Below are positions 45,679 to 55,729 of a stretch of 64,000 nt of DNA, one piece after another (position 1 is the stretch's first letter; every line of letters starts with the position of its first letter). Source of the DNA: a virus. Both the position numbers and the translations under genes were made by a program. The stretch spans positions 1 through 64,000 of the IMG/VR virus record IMGVR_UViG_3300031521_000012, one strand, 5' to 3'. The notes below the pieces were generated by a model. That model did not search any database and had not been told where the DNA came from. It saw only the letters and a list, made by a program, of their open reading frames with translations.

Positions 45679-45882
45679 TTAAATTGATTGAATATGGAAT
45701 GAAGACCACTTCTCCCTTATTATAAACCCCCCCCAACTACCGCTACGAGTGATTTCGAATACAATGCCTAAGTCATTAATTTCCAGTATTTTTCCAACTG
45801 CTCCATAAGAATCTGGATTTACAATTACAACTGTTATGCCTACACAAAAATATTCACTTGTCATAATTTCCTCGTTTTTCAT
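45679..45882 (-). CDS. Small protein containing a G8 tract, possibly frameshifted
   Basis: C8 at 45727-45734 on plus strand; alternative frame reads VYNKGEVVFIPYSINLIMKLY*. Confidence 0.55.
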   Translation of the reverse strand: MKNEEIMTSEYFCVGITVVIVNPDSYGAVGKILEINDLGIVFEITRSGSWGGFIIREKWSSFHIQSI

Positions 45883-46150
45883 TCATTAATATCTTACAGG
45901 TTCTTTTCTTCTTAGTGATTATATCTGCTAGAAATTCTTTAGCACTATTAACACTACCGTTTTTAATGTAATCTGGATAAACTTTTTCTTCGAAAACAAT
46001 TAATTGTTTCTTCCACCATTCACCATTTTCGGTATTAAGTACTGATATACCAGCATCATCAGGAATTACATTTCCTTCGCTGTCATTACGTACATCAGCG
46101 TAATTAGTAGCTATCCATCTGGCGAATAAAAGCATTTTAACTTGTTCCAT
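45854..46150 (-). CDS. Hypothetical protein
   Basis: Co-oriented ORF. Confidence 0.7.
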   Translation of the reverse strand: MEQVKMLLFARWIATNYADVRNDSEGNVIPDDAGISVLNTENGEWWKKQLIVFEEKVYPDYIKNGSVNSAKEFLADIITKKKRTCKILMNEKRGNYDK

Positions 46151-46333
46151 GGAGATTATTTATTTTGTAATTACAGCAACAGTTAAGCTACGACCAATTG
46201 TAGTCCAAGTATCATCACACATAATGACGATCATGCCTATTACAGTTATTGTCAATGCTAATGTAAATGCAGCCCAAACAATTAATCCTATTAAACCACA
46301 AATTCTTCTCATGCTATTATTTATCTTTTATTT

Positions 46334-46364
46334 ATAATACGTAAAAGTATAGCAAAAGGTTACA
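46334..46364 (-). promoter_or_regulatory. ECF-type phage promoter
   Basis: TGTAAC-N17-CGTATTAT on minus strand. Confidence 0.85.
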
Positions 46365-46521
46365 ACTTACAAGAGTTTTTTATAATAAAAAATCCCGACT
46401 AGTGATAATCGGGAGTTAATAATATCATAAGAATTGTTTTTAATTAAGAAATGCTACTTAAATGATCTGATTCGAAGAATCCATAAAACATATGAACTTT
46501 TCAATAATTCGCTCTCTGCGG

Positions 46522-47977
46522 TTACACATCAACTAGAGTCTTGGATGGTTCAGTTTTAAATTCTAACATCCGTTTGTTGCGATCTAATAATAACGATCTA
46601 ATTACTAAGTAATTAGTGTTTAATTTAATCTCATTATCATTAAATCTGTTTTTGATATTCATTGCTGAATTATAATGAACATTTACACCCTTGTCACACG
46701 AAGGACAATGAAATATGTTACTGGTGCTTCTTTTTCCTAAGAAATATCCGCAGTTTGAACATATTTGTGATGTATATGCTGCATTAATATGTTTAATGGC
46801 TATATTGTATTGAAAGGATTTAAATTCAATTCTCTCTTGCAGATATCCCTTCATCCAATTATTTAATTTATGTTTTGCTTGTTTGTTTTTATATTTTGAT
46901 TTGATATTCTTTGTTAAGTCTTCAACAATCAATACTGTTGGTTTTTCATTTAAAATAAATTGATTTAAAGAATTATTAAGTAATGATTTTATCTCTTCTT
47001 TAATTTTTCTTTTTTTATTGTTAATTTTCTTTGAGCCTAAATTATTTATTTTAATTTTATTTATTAATTTGCTATTGTTATTTTTTAACCAATTCTTTAA
47101 TATATGATCTAATTTTACCTCTATTTTTCTCTTGTTTAACTACGACATCAGTATATTTATTATAAATAATATTAACTTTATCACCGTAAATATTACCATT
47201 AGATGTAGCAATTACATTTTCATAATTTTTATCAATTCCAATTATATTATTCAACTCATTACTATTCACTAATTGTTTTGTTTTAACATCAATTGGTGAA
47301 TGAATTTCAATTGAATTGTTTGATTTATTAATAAATATTTTTAATGTTGTGGTGAATATCAGATTTGTATTTGTTTTAAGCTTAATTCTATTTCTTTTGC
47401 ATAGTGATTGAATTCCAATATAATTGTCCTTATAATCATAAGTACCCGAGTCTATTGTGAAAATATTCTTCTTTTGCGTATATGAAATAGTATTTTTATG
47501 TTTTCTAATAAGTCTACAAATTAATTTATTTAGCTTATTAATATTACATTTATTAATATTTTTAAACATATTGGGGACATCATAAGATTTATGATTTAAT
47601 ATTGAATAAAGCAAATTGTCTTTAGATTTTAACACATAAAAAACATAATGTTTTTCATTATCATTAAGTTCATTTCTTTTATTAATATCTTTCTTTACAT
47701 CATTAACAACATTTGACCAATTAGCTTTAATATTACATATAGATAAATCTAGTGCTGTTCTCCAATGCCTTGTTGGCATATCAAATTTAACTTTATTTCT
47801 AACTAGTTCGTTACGAATTAGTTTTCTATGTTCATAGATTAAATTCAATGATTTAATACCCGAATATTGTGAATAAAATTTATTCTTAACCGAATTAAAT
47901 CTTACTGATAATTCGGTTAATTCTCGTATGTCTTCTTTAGAAATATTATAACAATACTGTTTAATTGTCTTCTTCAT
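46522..47977 (-). pseudogene. tnpB: TnpB-like (IS200/IS605/IS607) RNA-guided nuclease gene split by a 1-nt frameshift
   Basis: RuvC-I IIGIDKN, RuvC-II LIVEDL, AAYTSQICSNC...CPSC zinc finger, RuvC-III VHYNSAMNI; one extra A in A6 (47081-47086) splits a ~485-aa ORF; no tnpA nearby. Confidence 0.8.
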
Positions 47978-47980
47978 GAT

Positions 47981-49168
47981 TTAAATATTAAATAGGTGAT
48001 CTCCGAAGCTAGGAAGCATATCATTGCTTGCATCATTTGTATCTTCATCGCCAATCATAAAATCTTCTTCGTTCATTCCATTTGGTTTAGCGCTTATACT
48101 TTTATTGGAAAAGACAAAATAATCTGTTTTATCTCCTTGCGGAAGTATTACGCCATCATAACCTAAGTCACGTAATTGCCCCAAGCCATATTTTTCATAT
48201 TCATTCCAACCAGCAGGTTTATTGATTGTGATGTATCTGGTCATAATATACTTATTACCATGTCCGCCATGCTCACTATTCTTAATGCTGTCAATACTAT
48301 CAGTAAACCAAATAATGCCTTGTGTGCTTCTATTTAAGCTAAATTTACCAAACTTATCATTAGTTCCATGATAAACTTTATATGTTGTTTCATTCATGAA
48401 TGATTGTATTTCTTCGTCAATTGCATCGGTAGCTTGATTGGAATAAGCAACAGGTATTTTATCATCTTTTGTCATACCCGTTATATTTTGAACAGTATTG
48501 AATATAGCACGATAGGTCTCAATGGTAGGATTTTCAAATTTTTTCTTCTGATAAATCTGATAGCCTTCACCTTGAAATTTTAATAATGCATGTGGGTTTA
48601 ATACTACAAGTTCTTGTTCTGATGCCCAATTATCCCATTCGCCTATCTTAACTGCATCAATCTTTCTTAACCATAAATCAACTAAAACATCTTCTATTTC
48701 ATTAGCATCCTCTACATTAGGCATTTTTTCTACAGTAGCACCCTTACGTAATAAAACTGGATAAACCATTCCAAATCGACTCATTCCAGTGAAATTACTG
48801 GCTTCATTTTTACTTTTCGATAAACTAATGCTATGATACTGCTCACCATATCCACCACCGCCTTCGCTGCCCTTTTTAACAAAATTAAAGCCTGCTTGTA
48901 ACCCTTTGCTAACACCGCCACCACTTCCATGCCAATAGATATTATCCATTAATTCTTCTGGACTACTGAATCGTTTTATCTCTTTATAAGCCAAACGTGT
49001 TATTACTGTAAACAAATCTGATTGTGTTGAAAATGACGAAACACCCTTAATCCTTCTAATGATCTTATCTAATGTAAGTTCCCCACGATGATTTGGATAG
49101 TAGTAATGATAGATTTCTTCACCTAGAAAGGATTGGATTTCTTCATTTATAATTTTAATTAAGCTCAT
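47981..49168 (-). CDS. Protein with two putative ADP-ribosyltransferase-fold domains
   Basis: YWHGS...SLS...EQELVV and VYHGT...IWFTDS...GYDGVI; repeated EEIQSF motif; GTATTTAT upstream. Confidence 0.5.
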   Translation of the reverse strand: MSLIKIINEEIQSFLGEEIYHYYYPNHRGELTLDKIIRRIKGVSSFSTQSDLFTVITRLAYKEIKRFSSPEELMDNIYWHGSGGGVSKGLQAGFNFVKKGSEGGGGYGEQYHSISLSKSKNEASNFTGMSRFGMVYPVLLRKGATVEKMPNVEDANEIEDVLVDLWLRKIDAVKIGEWDNWASEQELVVLNPHALLKFQGEGYQIYQKKKFENPTIETYRAIFNTVQNITGMTKDDKIPVAYSNQATDAIDEEIQSFMNETTYKVYHGTNDKFGKFSLNRSTQGIIWFTDSIDSIKNSEHGGHGNKYIMTRYITINKPAGWNEYEKYGLGQLRDLGYDGVILPQGDKTDYFVFSNKSISAKPNGMNEEDFMIGDEDTNDASNDMLPSFGDHLFNI

Positions 49169-49198
49169 TTATACCTTTTAGGATAAATACTTAAGATA

Positions 49199-49423
49199 TT
49201 ACAAAATCGTCACTTTAACTATCTTTTCGGTTGCACCTGTACGTGGGTTAATAACAAATAATCGTTCTGTTTTAACCTTTTTATTATAATGGCTTGAAAT
49301 AGCAGTGATATCTTTATCATGCTTATGAGTATAGAAAAACATACCAGCTTTCATTGTTGTTAATGCAATGCTTTCAATGCTTGTTTTTTGTTTACTATTT
49401 TTTAACATTATTACATTTTCCAT
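49199..49423 (-). CDS. Hypothetical protein
   Basis: Likely start MENVIML at 49423. Confidence 0.7.
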   Translation of the reverse strand: MENVIMLKNSKQKTSIESIALTTMKAGMFFYTHKHDKDITAISSHYNKKVKTERLFVINPRTGATEKIVKVTIL

Positions 49424-49424
49424 T

Positions 49425-49712
49425 TTATTTTGTTTTTTTATGAAATTTGCAAATCTTAACACATGATCTGCAAAAAAGTTCTGGATTGGCACATGTATTA
49501 TCAATTGCGTGTTCGCAGTTTTCCCTTGTCTTATCTTCCTCAACAACAAATGCCTCAATCTCATTAATGTCATTGACATCAAGCATTAATATTTCTTTCA
49601 ATAGCTCGTCAATAACAACTTGTTTTTCTTCGTTGTTATTATAGAATATATCCACAACTACCTGAACAACTATTCTTTCGTGATGCCTTGGTAATAAATT
49701 TGCGTTTAACAT
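49425..49712 (-). CDS. Hypothetical protein, Cys-rich C-terminus
   Basis: Co-oriented ORF. Confidence 0.65.
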   Translation of the reverse strand: MLNANLLPRHHERIVVQVVVDIFYNNNEEKQVVIDELLKEILMLDVNDINEIEAFVVEEDKTRENCEHAIDNTCANPELFCRSCVKICKFHKKTK

Positions 49713-49912
49713 AGTTAATAGTTTTAATTATTACAATTGCATTTATATGTTGCCAATAGCCAAAATCTTTTCTTTCTGTTTACGCATTGACCATTATGTG
49801 ATTCGGCAAGAGTGATAGCATTATGAAGATATCTCATTTTGTTTAAGATTTCTTCACGTGATAGTCCTTCTGGATTGCAAGTACAAATATTTTTCATGTT
49901 GTTTTAGCTTTA

Positions 49913-51157
49913 TTAATTTAATGTTGTTTGTAATACTTGCAGACATGTTCTTATTGGCGTACCTAATAATGGCTCAACACTTGAATAACTAACTCCGAAG
50001 TCTTTCGATAATGTGTGATATGCATCACTCATATTAGTATCAATTGATTTTAACTCTATGGCTGTTTTTTCAGTAAGTGACGAATATAACGTCTGCAAAG
50101 AATAGAAAGCATAATCAGTATCTACACCATCAGTATTATTAACAAGCTTATCTACAATATAATCAAAATATTCTTCATACGATAAGTCCTTTGTAGTTTT
50201 AAAATATTGTTTATGAATTTTGTTAAGAAGCTTAACACGATTAATATGCTCTGGTTTTGATTTTAGTTCGCCAACAGTCATATTCTTTTTTTCATCTTCA
50301 GTTAAAAAAGTTGCATCAGGATTTCTTGCTCTCCATTTAGCATTTGATTCTTCAGCATTTTTCTTTTGCAATGCTTTCAAATCTTTTAATGATTGAACTT
50401 CCTCTTTAATAGCATTGATTCTAGCTTCGAGATCACATTCTGAATCTGTTAGTGCGAGATTTTTAAACCCTTGCTTAATGATCTTGCCAAAATCAGACCA
50501 TTTTAACATATTTTCACCATCAGAACATTCATAATCATATGCTTCCTCAATAGAGAGTATCATCCACAACAGTTCACATCTTTTATTTGAATCTGTTATA
50601 ATATCATAAAAATGTGATTGACTAAAACTATCCTCATTATTTAAATCTTCGCTAACATAAGCATGTAAACCATCTTCGCCAACAAAATCATCATAATAGT
50701 AAAAATTTAAAGCAACTAAATCAAGTTTCAATGCTTTAATGATATTATCACGTTCACTACTAATACTAATTATTAATGGAAAGATATTCTCGTTACGATC
50801 ATAATAAGCTTCATCAAAATTAGCCATGAAATTACGACCAATAGTTCCATCAGGGAGTGTTCCATTTTTTAATAGTGATAATGCTTTTGCTTTGTCACTA
50901 TCGTTTTTTGCAATATAAAGATATCCGCAATAATCATTGTGGGTATATGAACCATAATCGCCTTCACTAACAGTTTTAGATGAATCAGATAAAACATAAA
51001 TCAAATTACAATCACCATCCAAATAAAAGACTTCAATTGTAGAATGATATGTTCTTTCTTGATACTGCCTAGCACCATCTGTTGATGAAACATTGGTAGT
51101 GTTCGATTGATGTGAATCTTCGTAGAGTGTTGTTTTAAACTTTATTAAATTGCTCAT
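49913..51157 (-). CDS. Hypothetical protein (414 aa, acidic)
   Basis: Long ORF, no recognised motif. Confidence 0.85.
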   Translation of the reverse strand: MSNLIKFKTTLYEDSHQSNTTNVSSTDGARQYQERTYHSTIEVFYLDGDCNLIYVLSDSSKTVSEGDYGSYTHNDYCGYLYIAKNDSDKAKALSLLKNGTLPDGTIGRNFMANFDEAYYDRNENIFPLIISISSERDNIIKALKLDLVALNFYYYDDFVGEDGLHAYVSEDLNNEDSFSQSHFYDIITDSNKRCELLWMILSIEEAYDYECSDGENMLKWSDFGKIIKQGFKNLALTDSECDLEARINAIKEEVQSLKDLKALQKKNAEESNAKWRARNPDATFLTEDEKKNMTVGELKSKPEHINRVKLLNKIHKQYFKTTKDLSYEEYFDYIVDKLVNNTDGVDTDYAFYSLQTLYSSLTEKTAIELKSIDTNMSDAYHTLSKDFGVSYSSVEPLLGTPIRTCLQVLQTTLN

Positions 51158-51168
51158 TTTATGTTATT

Positions 51169-51447
51169 TTAATAATCAATATCGTTTTCATCTTCATTAT
51201 AATCTTCTTCTAAAGAAGGATATTTAGTTTTATCATTCCTTAGTGAAAACCATGGGTCTTGAAACATGACTTTTACATTATTTTTTTTGAAATCAATTCG
51301 ATACTCATGCTTTTCGCCCTGTATAGTGCCTTGTGATAGATTAATTGATATGATCTTTTCATCAATCTTAGACTCAAACAAGTTCATCATTGCCACAACG
51401 TTACGTTTTGATTGCAACGGTGTTTTTCGATTAGGTAATGGCTTCAT
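51169..51447 (-). CDS. Hypothetical protein
   Basis: Co-oriented ORF. Confidence 0.7.
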   Translation of the reverse strand: MKPLPNRKTPLQSKRNVVAMMNLFESKIDEKIISINLSQGTIQGEKHEYRIDFKKNNVKVMFQDPWFSLRNDKTKYPSLEEDYNEDENDIDY

Positions 51448-51644
51448 AGTATAATGGTTAAATCATCTTTTATTATCACATAATAAACATTCCATGCAGC
51501 TATCTTTGGCTTTCCGACATCGCAACCAAATGTGAGTTTACAATATTCCTTTAGTTTCTTCCGTTTATCTGAGATAGCAATCCTATTCCAGCCATCCCGA
51601 AAACCATTTGGGGCATGTGTTACTCTATATAAAATGTAGCTCAT
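51444..51644 (-). CDS. Small protein, paralogue of upstream 49-aa ORF
   Basis: MSYILY...YCKLTFGCDVGKPK. Confidence 0.75.
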   Translation of the reverse strand: MSYILYRVTHAPNGFRDGWNRIAISDKRKKLKEYCKLTFGCDVGKPKIAAWNVYYVIIKDDLTIIL

Positions 51645-51645
51645 G

Positions 51646-51795
51646 TTATACTATAGCTAAATTAGTTGTTCTGATTAGATAATGCTTATCCCAAGTAAAG
51701 ACTTTTGGTTTGCCAATATCACACCCAAAGGTAAGTTTACAATAATCACGATAACCGTTTCCATCAGGCTTAACGCTATATAATATGTAATTCAT
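51646..51795 (-). CDS. 49-aa paralogue with internal in-frame deletion
   Basis: MNYILYSVKPDGNGYRDYCKLTFGCDIGKPK...; behind promoter. Confidence 0.7.
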   Translation of the reverse strand: MNYILYSVKPDGNGYRDYCKLTFGCDIGKPKVFTWDKHYLIRTTNLAIV

Positions 51796-51819
51796 AATTC
51801 TTAGTTTTATGTTATATCT

Positions 51820-51850
51820 ATTATACGTATGAACCGTATGAAATGTTACA
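51820..51850 (-). promoter_or_regulatory. ECF-type phage promoter
   Basis: TGTAAC-N17-CGTATAAT on minus strand. Confidence 0.85.
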
Positions 51851-51886
51851 AAAAATCACCATTATTTTCATAGTGGTGATTTTTTA

Positions 51887-52087
51887 TTAGAAAATTCTTA
51901 ATAGCCATGTATAGGCTTTAGGACTGATGCGATATATAATATTGCTACATTGACTTAACCAAACGTTATGCCAAGAACCAACATTGCACATATTGCAATC
52001 TTCTTTATGACTTTGATGCGCACTACAGATTGAGTACCATCGTTTCCGCCAAAAGAATTTACCACTATCGGCTTTATTGTTTTCCAT
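51887..52087 (-). CDS. Small Cys/His protein
   Basis: CSAH...CNMC. Confidence 0.7.
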   Translation of the reverse strand: MENNKADSGKFFWRKRWYSICSAHQSHKEDCNMCNVGSWHNVWLSQCSNIIYRISPKAYTWLLRIF

Positions 52088-52412
52088 TAGGAACTACTCC
52101 ATTTATGATAGCCTTGAAGATGGTTGTATTCAATCTTACGAACTCTGGTGAGTATGATGCTTGTGAGAATTGTTCCTTATACTCTTTTGTATAATCTCTA
52201 ATCCAAACTTCTTCATCGATGATGAAGATGAAGTCACCGACATTACAACATGCTGTTTTTTCAGGACAATTGTATAATGGAGTTTTCAACTCTGAAATCA
52301 AAACATAGGTTTCAATACCTAATCTGTTTTCCTCAACGGTTTTAAATCGCTTGATGTAATTACTTATTTTATTTAGAATTGCATTATCAAATTCTTTTTT
52401 CTTGACTACCAT
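52074..52412 (-). CDS. Hypothetical protein
   Basis: ORF behind promoter. Confidence 0.75.
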   Translation of the reverse strand: MVVKKKEFDNAILNKISNYIKRFKTVEENRLGIETYVLISELKTPLYNCPEKTACCNVGDFIFIIDEEVWIRDYTKEYKEQFSQASYSPEFVRLNTTIFKAIINGVVPNGKQ

Positions 52413-52448
52413 CGGTAATTGTTGTTAGGTGAATAAATTGTTGTATCT

Positions 52449-52479
52449 ATTATACGTATATGTAGGTATAAATGTTACA
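52449..52479 (-). promoter_or_regulatory. ECF-type phage promoter
   Basis: TGTAAC-N17-CGTATAAT on minus strand. Confidence 0.85.
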
Positions 52480-52482
52480 AAA

Positions 52483-52674
52483 TTACAGAAAATTTTCGAT
52501 AAACCAACGTAATGGCTTATGCTTTAGGCATTCAGGTGTACTGGCAATCATCTGAACTAAGATAAGTTCTTCTAAGCTAGCACCTGTTTCGCTATCAATA
52601 TCCGAATCCATTACATGAAATAGTTGTTGCGGAATATCTTCATTGATAAATATATCGAATTCTTCTTCTGTCAT
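52483..52674 (-). CDS. Small acidic protein
   Basis: Co-oriented ORF. Confidence 0.65.
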   Translation of the reverse strand: MTEEEFDIFINEDIPQQLFHVMDSDIDSETGASLEELILVQMIASTPECLKHKPLRWFIENFL

Positions 52675-53054
52675 TTGCTTGGTTCTTTATCGTTGCCTAA
52701 ACGAAAGCCAGTGAGTAATGTTTTATATCTTTCATAATAAAACTTAACAATTGGCATGTTATTCACGTAATCAGTGTTTTTATCATAGATATTATTAATA
52801 CACCTATTCGATTTTATAATAACATCTGAAGTATCTTTTACTCCTTTAATTGTATCCTCATTATATTTTTCGACTGAATCAGGAACAATTAATTTAGCCA
52901 TACTATCGAATTTAAGATGAAATATGCTATCATACGATTTTTTGGATAAGCGTATATCGCTAATCAATATGATAGATTTTTCAGATGCACTGTTGATATC
53001 AAAATAAAGAACACCTGCGATAACAATTATGATAATAATCAATATTGTTTTCAT
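52671..53054 (-). CDS. Protein with N-terminal membrane anchor or signal
   Basis: MKTILIIIIIVIAGVLYF. Confidence 0.75.
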   Translation of the reverse strand: MKTILIIIIIVIAGVLYFDINSASEKSIILISDIRLSKKSYDSIFHLKFDSMAKLIVPDSVEKYNEDTIKGVKDTSDVIIKSNRCINNIYDKNTDYVNNMPIVKFYYERYKTLLTGFRLGNDKEPSK

Positions 53055-53076
53055 GATAATTAAACTTTAAATTATT

Positions 53077-53499
53077 CTATCTATTGAACCAAATTATGGT
53101 ATCGAAATTCGGTCTGATTGCATTATTCTTCACATCAGAAGGATAAATTTCAATATCAGTTTCTTGATTTTCAATTACATATCTACCGAAACCATCATAA
53201 TCAATAAAACCACCATCTTTAACACATTCAATAAAATTCTCAAGTGACATTACATCACCATATTCGCTTAAAGGTCTTAGAGTATACGGCATAATCATTT
53301 TTCTTTGCTGCATTAATTTGCGCATTGCATCGTTTTCTGGTTTCATGTGTAGTCGAAATTCCTCCCATGATTCATGAAATTCTTTCCAAGTGGAATTAGA
53401 TTTATACATGTTATGTGTTTTATTCCATGTAGTTTCTTTTTCCTCAATTATATCTTCAATTTTTTCAATTTCTAAATCAATTTCTTCTATTCTGGTCAT
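53077..53499 (-). CDS. Hypothetical phage protein
   Basis: F.ECV..GGFIDYDGFG...IIWFNR. Confidence 0.8.
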   Translation of the reverse strand: MTRIEEIDLEIEKIEDIIEEKETTWNKTHNMYKSNSTWKEFHESWEEFRLHMKPENDAMRKLMQQRKMIMPYTLRPLSEYGDVMSLENFIECVKDGGFIDYDGFGRYVIENQETDIEIYPSDVKNNAIRPNFDTIIWFNR

Positions 53500-53512
53500 A
53501 CTATTTTAAATT

Positions 53513-53842
53513 AAAAAAGGTCGCTTGATAATGGGTCGTATAGTTAATGACAAAACCAACGCCAAGGTCAAAGACTCTTCTCGCAACAAAGGCAAGGACA
53601 AAATTAAAGTCTGGTTTTGCGACTAATGATCATTAAGAGCGCAATGCTCTTATTGTAACTTAGAACGCAGCGTAGTCGTTTTATAAAAACCCTACAAAAA
53701 ACTTTAAAAATGCGAGAAGACGGTTTACCATTTAAGTTTGTTAACTGAAAGTTAGTTCATAAAATATGTGTAAACCCATTACCAAGCATAGAGAACTGTA
53801 GACTAGGCTTGTGCTTCGTCTACAATTCACCCTTTAATATCG
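53513..53842 (-). ncRNA. Candidate ~320-nt multi-helix ncRNA downstream of 314-aa gene
   Basis: 14-bp closing helix with minus-strand G-U, 10-bp inner helix, further hairpins; ends in U-run. Confidence 0.65.
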
Positions 53843-54787
53843 TTATTCTACTGAGAGAATTTTCATGAATTCATCAACGGTTGACTGAAAACGTGCATCA
53901 ACGTTGATACGCAATGCTGCAACCTGCTGAATCTTAGCCTGACGTTCCTTTTCGAAGTCAGCCTGAATGCTTTTCATTTTCTGCTGTACTTCTTGCATTG
54001 CAGTTTGCCATGCCGATTGCAATAGATTATTAGCAGCTTCTGCTTCGTGTTGAGCATCTGCATTGATCTTTGCAATACGTGCATTTTCTTCTGTGGTTAA
54101 GTTCTTAACCTTAGCCTTGAAGTAATTAACACGCTGTTCGTAACCACGATGAAGTGTAGCAAGTTCTTCGTGTAATTTAAGTAGCTGATCAGCTGTGTGA
54201 TGCACAGTAATTTCTACTGGTGATTTCATCCCATCAGTAATTGTCATCCATTCGATTGCTGGAAGCGATGGCAATTGAATTCTTAGATTGTCTAAGGTCG
54301 AACCTTGATGAATGAACTGTCCGATATGCGAAGCAAATGCTTCTGCTTCAAGATATTCATTTAGCTCTGCAAGTGAGAGTTGTTCCCAACCATAGCTTTC
54401 ATTAACTTCTGAAAGCATATTCAACAGCGGACTGATTGTTTTAGGTCGTTCAGGCAATTCCACTGTTGAAGTATCAGCTGTTGCTGTTTTCCATTCCTTA
54501 AGCAAACTGTCTTTTGCTTTGATGTTCTCCATCAGGAATGCCTGACAAGCATGAAGCTTTGCCTTAGTTCCGAGCAATTCAACCACATTGGTAGGCATTG
54601 GCTTGCCTACATGAATGACATGAGATTTTACACCACCAACCCCATCGTTGATATTAACTGACTTGGAGTAGTTGTTAACTCCTGATAATTCATTTTCAAT
54701 TTCTCTTGCTCTTTGATTGCAAAGATTGGAAATTGATTGAGCTTGTGATAAGCTTAATCCTGTTGCGCTAAGCGAGTTCTTCTTCAT
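53843..54787 (-). CDS. Coiled-coil-rich hypothetical protein (314 aa)
   Basis: A/E/Q-rich helical sequence; GLSLSQAQSISNLCNQ N-terminus. Confidence 0.85.
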   Translation of the reverse strand: MKKNSLSATGLSLSQAQSISNLCNQRAREIENELSGVNNYSKSVNINDGVGGVKSHVIHVGKPMPTNVVELLGTKAKLHACQAFLMENIKAKDSLLKEWKTATADTSTVELPERPKTISPLLNMLSEVNESYGWEQLSLAELNEYLEAEAFASHIGQFIHQGSTLDNLRIQLPSLPAIEWMTITDGMKSPVEITVHHTADQLLKLHEELATLHRGYEQRVNYFKAKVKNLTTEENARIAKINADAQHEAEAANNLLQSAWQTAMQEVQQKMKSIQADFEKERQAKIQQVAALRINVDARFQSTVDEFMKILSVE

Positions 54788-54809
54788 AACTGGTAAATAT
54801 TAAATATTT

Positions 54810-55157
54810 TTAAACGTTGTTTTTGATTCGTGTACTTTTCTTAAATGTGAAATTGTCATCGAATGATTCACTATAAGCTGCATGATCGAACTCTACATCC
54901 CATCCTTGCTTACGATAAATATCTTCAAAATCCAATAGCTTCTTATCGTATAAATTTCTTTCAATCCCCTTTCTCATGTGTGGGTCAACAGTAGCCAAAT
55001 ATCTACTAACAACTTCTTTTAGTTTAAAATTAGCTGATGTGCCATTCCAACGTTCAACAATTAGTTCGTTGACTGCTTGAATAATTCCATCTGGAATTAG
55101 TTTGCTCTTTTCAGATGCAACATCATTAGGACTTATCGGCTGGATTTTCTCTGACAT
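54810..55157 (-). CDS. Hypothetical phage protein
   Basis: PISP...IP..IIQAVNELI...LDFEDIYRKQGW.V.FD. Confidence 0.8.
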   Translation of the reverse strand: MSEKIQPISPNDVASEKSKLIPDGIIQAVNELIVERWNGTSANFKLKEVVSRYLATVDPHMRKGIERNLYDKKLLDFEDIYRKQGWDVEFDHAAYSESFDDNFTFKKSTRIKNNV

Positions 55158-55193
55158 ATGATTATTATTGTTTAATGATTACTCATTACTTCT

Positions 55194-55224
55194 ATTATAC
55201 GTTTGAACCTATGAAAATGTTACA
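55194..55224 (-). promoter_or_regulatory. ECF-type phage promoter
   Basis: TGTAAC-N17-CGTATAAT on minus strand. Confidence 0.85.
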
Positions 55225-55241
55225 AAAATATGAAAATATTT

Positions 55242-55727
55242 TTAATTTTTATTCCACTTAAAGAAATCACCTAGAATTCCCATCATTGTTGATTGCATAT
55301 CAGGTGTGCTAAATTCCACACCAACACTTTTCTTATCGAGATCAACAACATATGAAATTAGTTCATCCCTTTCAGGTGTGCTGAATAACATGATGATAAT
55401 ATCTTGCTTTTCATCGCATTCCGATGTACGCATTTCACCGCTTGTAAGCTTTTTAGCTGTTTCGCTATTGGAATCAACCTTTGCGCCATATGCTTCGGTG
55501 ATTAACCCTGCTGCTAAACAATTGTTTTTAATGCAGTAATCTCTAATGGTTTCAGTTAAAGCTATTTTATTAGTCCTGTCACCCATAAAATCAGGTGGTA
55601 GCTGAACGATTATTGGTTTCTCACCAGTGTAAAAGAATACGACTGGTACTAGATAACCACAAGTCTTGAAGTTATCAATCATTGCATCTTTCATTGCTTC
55701 TTTGAAAATATTGACCTTGCTTTCCAT
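55242..55727 (-). CDS. Hypothetical protein
   Basis: Co-oriented ORF. Confidence 0.8.
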   Translation of the reverse strand: MESKVNIFKEAMKDAMIDNFKTCGYLVPVVFFYTGEKPIIVQLPPDFMGDRTNKIALTETIRDYCIKNNCLAAGLITEAYGAKVDSNSETAKKLTSGEMRTSECDEKQDIIIMLFSTPERDELISYVVDLDKKSVGVEFSTPDMQSTMMGILGDFFKWNKN

Positions 55728-55729
55728 GA

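Noticed and set aside
53513-53842. Retron msr-msd or DGR template
   Set aside because: No reverse transcriptase in the window and no matching variable repeat seen; cannot exclude an RT elsewhere in the genome
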